In this document: positions 57,304 to 64,000 of the stretch, piece after piece
Layout of the letters: each line of letters starts with the position of its first letter
How positions within the stretch are numbered: position 1 is the stretch's first letter
NCBI GenBank assembly: GCA_902585605.1
Contig: CACIED010000005.1
Location: forward strand, 586 to 64,585
Reading direction: 5' to 3'
Source of the DNA: an uncultured Alphaproteobacteria bacterium
Lineage (GTDB): Bacteria; Pseudomonadota; Alphaproteobacteria; HIMB59; GCA-002718135
DNA length: 64,000 bases
Notes under the pieces: model-generated
Seen by the model: only the letters and a program-made list of their open reading frames with translations
What the model was told of the DNA's origin: nothing
The model's database searches: none
Made by a program: the position numbers and the translations under genes

Positions 57304-58554
57304 ATGATTTCTAAATCAGAACGATTACTGATTTTTAGGTTTTTATTTTCTAAGAAATCCGATGGCTATGTGTCTATTTTTGCTTGGTTTTCAATAATAG
57401 GTATTAGTTTAGGAGTAGCAGCAATTATTATAGTAATGTCTGTTATGAATGGTTTTAGAATTGATCTAACTAACAGAATAATTGGACTTAATTCGCACCT
57501 TAATATTTATAGTTTTGATAATGAGATAACAAATAAGCAAGCTGATGAACTTATATTGAATATTGATAATTCTTTTTTTTACCAACACTACAAATCTATT
57601 GAAACAAATGGATTAATTATAAAATCAAATAACTCAAAAGGTGTGATGATCAAAGGCTATGATGCATATGATAAAAATCATTATTTGTTTAATTCAATTA
57701 ATATGGGTGCATTAATTCAAAATCCAAAAAGTGAAATATTAATTGGAGATTCCTTAGCGAACGAAATGAATCTAAGCGTGGGAGATAAGGTTAAAATTGC
57801 AATTCCAAAGACTGATAAAACAATATTAGGAAATATTCCAAGATTTAAAACATTGGAGGTAGTAGGTGTATTTGATCTAGGTTTATATGAATATGATTCA
57901 AATTTAATTTTTTTATCTTCAGAACTTGTTAGAAAATTACTCTTATATGATGAAGATATATATAACAAAATTGAATTCTTTACATCATCTCCTAATGAAA
58001 TTGAATTATTTAAAAATAAAGTAGAATTAGAAACATCTAATCTATTATTAAATTTTTATTCAATATCTTGGAAGGATCAAAACAAAACTTTAATAAATGC
58101 ACTTAAAGTAGAAAAGAATGTTATGTTTATTATCCTTTCTTTAATCATCTTAGTTGCATCATTAAATATTATTTCAGGTTTAATTATTTTTGTAAAAGAA
58201 AAAAATAAGGATATTGGCATTTTAAAAACTATTGGAATGAGTAATAAAAGTATTATAAAAATATTTTTTATTATTGGAACCTCAATTGGCTTGATTGGCT
58301 CGTTAATAGGATTAATAATTGGAATACTTTTCACAATAAATATTAAATCAATTCAAAGTTTTTTAGAATATTTACTTGGGACAAAGCTCTTTTCTGAAGA
58401 AGTCTATTATTTATCATCTTTACCTTCAAAGATTAGTATAAATGAAGTTGTTTACGTACTTTGTGTGGCTATAATCATATCAATTATCTCAACTATTTTT
58501 CCAGCTTTAAGTTCAGCCAGAATAGATCCTATTAAGAGTTTAAGAAGTGAATAA
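57304..58554 (+). CDS. Lipoprotein-releasing system permease (LolC/LolE family, FtsX/MacB-type)
   Basis: 416 aa; N-terminal TM, large periplasmic domain and C-terminal FtsX triple-TM. Followed by lolD. Confidence 0.85.
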   Translation: MISKSERLLIFRFLFSKKSDGYVSIFAWFSIIGISLGVAAIIIVMSVMNGFRIDLTNRIIGLNSHLNIYSFDNEITNKQADELILNIDNSFFYQHYKSIETNGLIIKSNNSKGVMIKGYDAYDKNHYLFNSINMGALIQNPKSEILIGDSLANEMNLSVGDKVKIAIPKTDKTILGNIPRFKTLEVVGVFDLGLYEYDSNLIFLSSELVRKLLLYDEDIYNKIEFFTSSPNEIELFKNKVELETSNLLLNFYSISWKDQNKTLINALKVEKNVMFIILSLIILVASLNIISGLIIFVKEKNKDIGILKTIGMSNKSIIKIFFIIGTSIGLIGSLIGLIIGILFTINIKSIQSFLEYLLGTKLFSEEVYYLSSLPSKISINEVVYVLCVAIIISIISTIFPALSSARIDPIKSLRSE

Positions 58555-59236
58555 CAAATATTTATTAGAGATATCTAGTTTAGGTAAACATTATTCTAAT
58601 GAAAATAATTTAAAAATTGAGATAATTAAAAATCTGAATTTTAAATTAATGCAAAACACTAAAGTTGCGATTGTTGGGCCTTCAGGTTCAGGCAAAACTA
58701 CTTTTCTTAATATTATTGGTTTACTTGACTCTGAATATGATGGAAAAGTTTATTTTAAGAATAAAGATATTTCTTTATGTTCTAAAGATGAAACAAATAA
58801 AATTAGAGGATTATCAATTGGTTTTATTCATCAATTTTTTCATTTGATTCCTGAACTCACTGTTATCGAGAATGTTATGCTTCCATTATTAATAAATAAA
58901 AATGAAAAGAAAAGTCATGAAATATCTAAAAAACTACTTTTTGAATTTGGTTTAAATGAAAGGATTAATTATAAACCTTTAAAGTTATCAGGAGGAGAAC
59001 AACAAAGAGTTGCTATTGCAAGATCTTTAGTAAATAATCCAGATTTAATTTTAGCTGATGAGATGACTGGAAATCTTGATGAAGATACTGCTAACAACAT
59101 TTTTAAATTTTTTATAAATTATATCGAACAAAATAAAAAAACTTTAGTATATGTTACTCATAACAAAACTTATTCATTACTAGCTGATGAAATTTATTAT
59201 TTTAAAAACAAGAATATACAATTAAAGAATGAATAA
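58547..59236 (+). CDS. lolD: Lipoprotein-releasing system ATP-binding protein
   Basis: Walker A GPSGSGKTT, LSGGEQQRVAIARSL, LADEMTGNLD. Confidence 0.9.
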   Translation: MNNKYLLEISSLGKHYSNENNLKIEIIKNLNFKLMQNTKVAIVGPSGSGKTTFLNIIGLLDSEYDGKVYFKNKDISLCSKDETNKIRGLSIGFIHQFFHLIPELTVIENVMLPLLINKNEKKSHEISKKLLFEFGLNERINYKPLKLSGGEQQRVAIARSLVNNPDLILADEMTGNLDEDTANNIFKFFINYIEQNKKTLVYVTHNKTYSLLADEIYYFKNKNIQLKNE

Positions 59237-62200
59237 TCCTTTTATTCATTTACGATCTTTATCTTCATATTCTTTATCTGAAAGTACTTTAAAAATTACT
59301 AATTTAGTAGATCTTGCAAAAAAAAATGAAATGCCTGCAATTGCCATTACAGATAATAATAATATGTTTGGAGTCTTTGAGTTTTCAAAAGAATGCGTAA
59401 AAAATAATATTCAACCTATAATAGGAACTTCAATAAATTTACTAGATGTTGTTGTAAATAATCAAATTTCCCAAGTTACATTTTTAGTCAAAAATGAAAT
59501 CGGGTATAGAAATCTATTAGAATTAAGCTCACTTTCTCATCTTAAGGAAGGAAATAATGTTGGTATATACTTTTCACAATTAGAGAAATTTTCTGAAGGT
59601 TTATTTTGTTATATAGGTGGTGAATTTAATCCTTTACTTTTATTAAACAAAGAAAACAAAAAAAAAGATATCATTCAATTAATTGATAATTTTAAAAAAG
59701 TTTTTAAGCAAAATTTTCTTTTTGAAATTCAAAGAATAAATGATCAAAATATCGATTTTTTTGAAAAAGAATTTATTAATTTATCAAAAGAATATGACAT
59801 ACCCCTTATTGGTTCAAATAATATTAAGTACGCTACTAAAGATGATTATTCAGCTCATGATGCATTACTATGTATTGCTCAAAAATCTACAATTAACAAT
59901 TCTCAAAGAAATACTTCAAATGAAAACATTTATTTCAAGTCAAATGAAGAAATGTATTCAAATTTTGAAGATATTCCTGAGATAATTCAAAATAATTTAA
60001 ATATTTCTCTATCTTGTAATTATTTTCCTGAATCAACAAAACCAAAATTACCGGAATTTAAAAATGATTTAAATCTATCTGCAGAAAATTATTTATTAAA
60101 AACCTCAGAATTGGGACTTGGAAAAAAAATAAAAGAAAAGAATATTAAGAATATAGAAATTTACACAGATAGATTGAAATATGAAAACGAAATCATCATT
60201 AGAATGGGGTTTGCTGGATATTTTTTAATAGTAGCAGATTTTGTTAATTGGGCTAAAAAGGAATCCATCCCTGTTGGTCCTGGAAGAGGATCGGGCGCCG
60301 GCAGTTTAGTAGCGTGGTGTTTAGGGATAACAGATTTAGATCCATTAGAATATGAATTATTATTTGAAAGATTCTTAAATCCAGAAAGAGTGTCAATGCC
60401 AGATTTTGACATAGATTTTTGTCAAACTAGAAGAGATGAAGTTATCGAATACGTAAATAATAAATATGGAAGTGAATGTGTAGCTCATATTATTACATTT
60501 GGTACTCTAGCATCAAGAGCTGCAGTAAGAGACATTGGTAGGGTTTTAGAAGTTCCGTATGGAGAGGTAGACTCTTTTGCTAAACTAATACCTTTTAATC
60601 CATCAAATCCACTTTCTTTAAGTGAGTCAATTAAATCTGAAAGAAGTTTGCAAGAAAGGATAAGCAGTGATGAAAGAATTTCAAATATTATTGATGTGAG
60701 TCTTAAAATTGAAGGAACTCACAGACATGCTTCAACACATGCTGCAGGAGTTGTTATTGGTCATGAAAAATTATCTAAAGTAGTTCCTTTATACAAAGAT
60801 CAAAATACCAATACAAATGCAACACAATTTTCTATGAAATACGTTGAAGAAGTAGGTTTAATAAAATTTGATTTTCTTGGATTAACCACATTATCAATCA
60901 TTGATGACTGCATAGAATTGATAATTAAAGAGAATAAGAATTTTTTAATAAATAACATACCCCTAAATGACAAAAAAACATATGATCAGTTAAGTAAAGG
61001 TGACACTGTTGGAATCTTCCAATTGGAAAGCAATGGTATGGGAAGTGTTCTTCGTCAATTACAACCAGATAGATTTGAAGAAATAATTGCAGTAGTTGCT
61101 TTGTTTAGACCTGGACCAATGGATAATATTCCTTCTTTTTGTAATAGAAAACATGGACGTGAAGAAATCAAATATCTTCATTCTATGTTAGAAGACGTCT
61201 TAAAAGAAACTTATGGAATTATTGTTTATCAAGAACAAGTAATGCAGATTGCACAAGTTTTATCAAATTATTCTTTAGGTGAAGCAGACTTACTAAGAAG
61301 AGCAATGGGAAAAAAAATTCAAAAAGAAATGGATATGCAAAAATCAAGATTTATAGAAGGTGCTGTTCAAAATAATATTGATAAAAAAGAAGCTGCAAAA
61401 ATATTTGATTTAGTTGATAAATTTGCAGGGTACGGTTTTAATAAAAGTCATGCAGCAGCATATGCTTTAATATCTTACCAAACTGCTTATCTAAAAGCAA
61501 ACTTTCCTCACGAATTTCTTACAGCAACTTTAAATTATTCTATAGATAGAACAGAAAAAATTATTTTACTTAAACAAGAAATAGAAAGATTAAATATTAA
61601 TTTTTTAAAACCAGATATAAATTTTTCTGACCCATTATTTTCAATTGAAATAAATGACAACTTAAAATCAATAAGATTTGGATTAGCAGCAATTAAAGGT
61701 GTTGGTTTAAAATCAATTTCTAACATGGTTGATGAAAGAAATAAAAATGGCAAATTTAAGAGTATAATTGATTTTATGAATAGAGTTTCTAAAGAGGTAA
61801 TAAACAAAAGACAACTTGAAAAGCTTATTCAGGCAGGAGCTTTTGATAGTATTGAAGCTAACAGATCTAAATTATTTAATAATGTACCAAAATTTGTTGA
61901 ACTCTTTGGAGGAGAAAAAAATATCAATCAAGATATGCTCTTTGAAGAAAATGAGATTTCTTTTGAAGATAAAAATCTTTTTAATCAAAATTATGAAAAG
62001 TGGAAGAATTCTGAAATTTTATCTAACGAGTTAGAGGTTATTGGATTTTATTTCTCTGATCACCCATTAAATCATTATCCAAAAAAGTTTTTTGAATTAG
62101 AGAATATTATGTCTTTTAAAAACTATTCTGAAAGCTATGAATCAAATGTCGTTAAAGTTTGTGGCGCTATTCTAGATATTAAAGAAAGGTCAAATAAGGA

Positions 62201-62633
62201 TGGAAAAAAGTATGCATTTATAACAGTATCAGAAACTAGTTTTCAATTTGAATTAACAATATTTAGTGAAAATTTATATAAATACCGACCATTATTGAAA
62301 GAGGGTAATTTGTTAATATTTAATGTTGATATTGTAAAAAGTAACACTGATACTCGTTTTATAATAAGATCATTAGAGTCTTTAGAAAAAATTTTTAATA
62401 ATAATAATTATAAATTTAATATTTATACAAATATTAAAAACATTGATAAATTAAAAGATAATATTTTTGCACCAAAAGAAAGCGACAATTTTGATAAATT
62501 TATTGATGTCTTCATTACAGTGGATCAAAAATTAGTAAATTTTGATTTTAATAAATATTCTATTAAATCTTACAAAAAACTTGATGATTTGAATAAATCA
62601 AAAATATTAGATTATTCTTTAGAAATATCTTGA
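59229..62633 (+). CDS. dnaE: DNA polymerase III alpha subunit
   Basis: 1134 aa; PHP domain (HLRSLSSYS), GPGRGSGAGSLVAW, PDFDIDF, GLLKFDFLGL, FNKSHAAAYA. Confidence 0.95.
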   Translation: MNNPFIHLRSLSSYSLSESTLKITNLVDLAKKNEMPAIAITDNNNMFGVFEFSKECVKNNIQPIIGTSINLLDVVVNNQISQVTFLVKNEIGYRNLLELSSLSHLKEGNNVGIYFSQLEKFSEGLFCYIGGEFNPLLLLNKENKKKDIIQLIDNFKKVFKQNFLFEIQRINDQNIDFFEKEFINLSKEYDIPLIGSNNIKYATKDDYSAHDALLCIAQKSTINNSQRNTSNENIYFKSNEEMYSNFEDIPEIIQNNLNISLSCNYFPESTKPKLPEFKNDLNLSAENYLLKTSELGLGKKIKEKNIKNIEIYTDRLKYENEIIIRMGFAGYFLIVADFVNWAKKESIPVGPGRGSGAGSLVAWCLGITDLDPLEYELLFERFLNPERVSMPDFDIDFCQTRRDEVIEYVNNKYGSECVAHIITFGTLASRAAVRDIGRVLEVPYGEVDSFAKLIPFNPSNPLSLSESIKSERSLQERISSDERISNIIDVSLKIEGTHRHASTHAAGVVIGHEKLSKVVPLYKDQNTNTNATQFSMKYVEEVGLIKFDFLGLTTLSIIDDCIELIIKENKNFLINNIPLNDKKTYDQLSKGDTVGIFQLESNGMGSVLRQLQPDRFEEIIAVVALFRPGPMDNIPSFCNRKHGREEIKYLHSMLEDVLKETYGIIVYQEQVMQIAQVLSNYSLGEADLLRRAMGKKIQKEMDMQKSRFIEGAVQNNIDKKEAAKIFDLVDKFAGYGFNKSHAAAYALISYQTAYLKANFPHEFLTATLNYSIDRTEKIILLKQEIERLNINFLKPDINFSDPLFSIEINDNLKSIRFGLAAIKGVGLKSISNMVDERNKNGKFKSIIDFMNRVSKEVINKRQLEKLIQAGAFDSIEANRSKLFNNVPKFVELFGGEKNINQDMLFEENEISFEDKNLFNQNYEKWKNSEILSNELEVIGFYFSDHPLNHYPKKFFELENIMSFKNYSESYESNVVKVCGAILDIKERSNKDGKKYAFITVSETSFQFELTIFSENLYKYRPLLKEGNLLIFNVDIVKSNTDTRFIIRSLESLEKIFNNNNYKFNIYTNIKNIDKLKDNIFAPKESDNFDKFIDVFITVDQKLVNFDFNKYSIKSYKKLDDLNKSKILDYSLEIS

Positions 62634-62654
62634 AAAAATAACCTATTATAATAT

Positions 62655-62732
62655 TAGATCATTCAAATTAAATCTAACACACAGAAAAAACCGGTGTTTT
62701 TTATTTCTGTGGAGGTTAAACCGGGAGTAAAT
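62655..62732 (+). promoter_or_regulatory. Structured rpsB 5' leader (candidate S2 autoregulatory element) downstream of a TATAAT box
   Basis: TATTATAAT lies at 62645-62653. Hairpin CACAGAAA (62680-87) / TTTCTGTG (62704-11). Its loop segment CCGGT (62691-95) can pair with ACCGG (62720-24) immediately 5' of the GGGAG SD, giving pseudoknot potential. Confidence 0.5.
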
Positions 62733-63485
62733 ATGAATTTACCAGAAGTTAAAATAGAAGATCTTCTAGAATCAGGAGTTCATTTTGGTCACAATGTAAG
62801 AAGATGGAATCCTAAAATGAAAGAATATATATATGGTGTTAGAAATAACATTCATATTTTTGATCTAAGAATTACATTAGAATTAATAAATAGTGCACTC
62901 ACTAAGATACACGAAACTGTTTCTAAGTCAGGTAAAATACTTTTTGTTGGTACAAAAAAACAGTGCAGTGATGTTGTTAAAGAGTTAGCACTGTCTAATA
63001 ATAATTTCTATGTTAACAAAAGATGGCTAGGTGGCACTTTAACAAATTGGAAAACAATTTCTAATTCTATAAAGAGATTAGATGAAATTGAGTTATTTCT
63101 AAAAGATAATGAACTATCAAAGAATTTATCCAAAAAAGAATTATTAGATATTTCAAGAGAAAAACAAAAACTAGAATTAAATATTGGTGGAATAAGAACA
63201 CTAAATGGAAAACCAGATTTATTAGTTGTATTTGATGTAATCAAAGATAAAATTGCTATTCGCGAAGCAACTAAATTGAATATTCCAATTGTTGCTATTG
63301 TTGATTCAAATGCTGACCCAGAAAATATTGACTATTTAATTCCTGGTAACGATGATGCACTTAGGTCAATAAACCTGTATAAAACATATTTTATGGAAAC
63401 TATTGAAGATGCTAAAAACTTTCAAAATGAAAATGAAATTAAAGATGATGAGGAAGTTGAAAAAAAAATTAAAGAGGAAAAATAA
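62733..63485 (+). CDS. rpsB: 30S ribosomal protein S2
   Basis: MNLPEVKIEDLLESGVHFGH..RRWNPKM, WLGG.LTN. The ATG at 62733 is preceded by GGGAG. The track's GTG at 62694 lies inside the structured leader. Confidence 0.93.
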   Translation: MNLPEVKIEDLLESGVHFGHNVRRWNPKMKEYIYGVRNNIHIFDLRITLELINSALTKIHETVSKSGKILFVGTKKQCSDVVKELALSNNNFYVNKRWLGGTLTNWKTISNSIKRLDEIELFLKDNELSKNLSKKELLDISREKQKLELNIGGIRTLNGKPDLLVVFDVIKDKIAIREATKLNIPIVAIVDSNADPENIDYLIPGNDDALRSINLYKTYFMETIEDAKNFQNENEIKDDEEVEKKIKEEK

Positions 63486-63487
63486 CA

Positions 63488-64000
63488 ATGAAATCATTAA
63501 CTGATCTTATAAAGGAATTAAGAGAGAAAACAGGTGCAGGTTTTTTAGATTGTAAAAAATCATTAGAAGAAAATAATAATGATATAGAAAAGTCTATAGA
63601 TGCTCTTAGAAAAAAAGGATTAGCTAAAGCTTCAAAAAAAAGTGATCGTGAAGCAAATGAAGGAGCTATTGGTATTTATTCAAATGAAAATATCACAGCC
63701 TTAATAAAAGTTAATAGTGAAACTGATTTTGCTGCAAAAAGTGATACATTTTTAAATTTTCTAGATAGTTTAGGAGATCTAGTGCTTCAAAACAATTTAA
63801 ATATAAATAAAGATCAATTTTTAGATTTAAAATATGAACAGGGCACAGTTAAAGATTATTTTAATTCAATGATTGCAAAAATTGGTGAAAATTTAGTACT
63901 AAGTGATTTGCTCATTAAAAATAATAATGAAACAAATTTTAATTATTATATACATAATAGTTATAGAGATAATATAGGTAAAATAATCTCTTTATTAGAA
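63488..64000 (+). CDS. tsf: Elongation factor Ts (5' partial; continues beyond the window)
   Basis: MKSLTDLIKELREKTGAGFLDCKKSLEEN... is open to the window end and starts 2 nt after the rpsB stop codon. It is absent from the ORF track because no stop codon falls within the window. Confidence 0.9.
   Translation, partial: MKSLTDLIKELREKTGAGFLDCKKSLEENNNDIEKSIDALRKKGLAKASKKSDREANEGAIGIYSNENITALIKVNSETDFAAKSDTFLNFLDSLGDLVLQNNLNINKDQFLDLKYEQGTVKDYFNSMIAKIGENLVLSDLLIKNNNETNFNYYIHNSYRDNIGKIISLLE

Overview
The window is very AT-rich (roughly 30% G+C by eye, not computed) and extremely gene-dense. Start and stop codons often overlap and there are almost no regulator genes. The conserved block tig-clpP-clpX-lon-hup-tRNAVal-tRNAAsp-nuoA..N-birA-coaX-rnj-DUF1467-proS-lolCE-lolD-dnaE-rpsB-tsf is typical alphaproteobacterial synteny. 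Together with the base composition, this points to a streamlined marine alphaproteobacterium (SAR11/Pelagibacterales-like or a sister lineage such as AEGEAN-169/HIMB59). That assignment is inference, not a database result.

Layout:
- 1-16.9 kb is accessory-looking. It holds a pair of Dabb-fold proteins, a mu/Sj26-like GST next to a kappa/HCCA-isomerase-like protein, an ABC-F ATPase and an HpcH-type aldolase. It also holds a tightly packed block: sugar-type ABC binding protein, two permeases, a 720-aa ADP-ribosylglycohydrolase (ARH)-fold fusion protein, an aldo/keto reductase, an MFS transporter, a nitrilase-superfamily hydrolase and a methyltransferase. A divergent mntR / MntX-like manganese module with a clear operator palindrome follows.
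- 16.9-32.5 kb holds housekeeping and nitrogen genes: murA, hisGD, infA, yacG, tRNA-Phe, a GT9 glycosyltransferase, two orphan amino-acid ABC permeases, a class II cytochrome c, an IolE-like gene, a GATase1, glpK, parE, glnA, glnB, an aminotransferase, tRNA-His and tRNA-Leu.
- 32.5-64 kb is core genome.

The most notable non-coding signal is a tandem pair of glutamine-riboswitch (glnA RNA motif) aptamers between glnB and glnA. The most plausible candidate for an undescribed system is the ATPase-less ABC / ARH-fusion / AKR / MFS block; its substrate cannot be named from sequence.

I found no CRISPR array, transposase, integrase, prophage or recognisable defence system. Three short genes missed by the ORF track (yacG, a DUF2256 protein and a Lys-rich peptide overlapping murA) and several over-extended N-termini in the track are noted.
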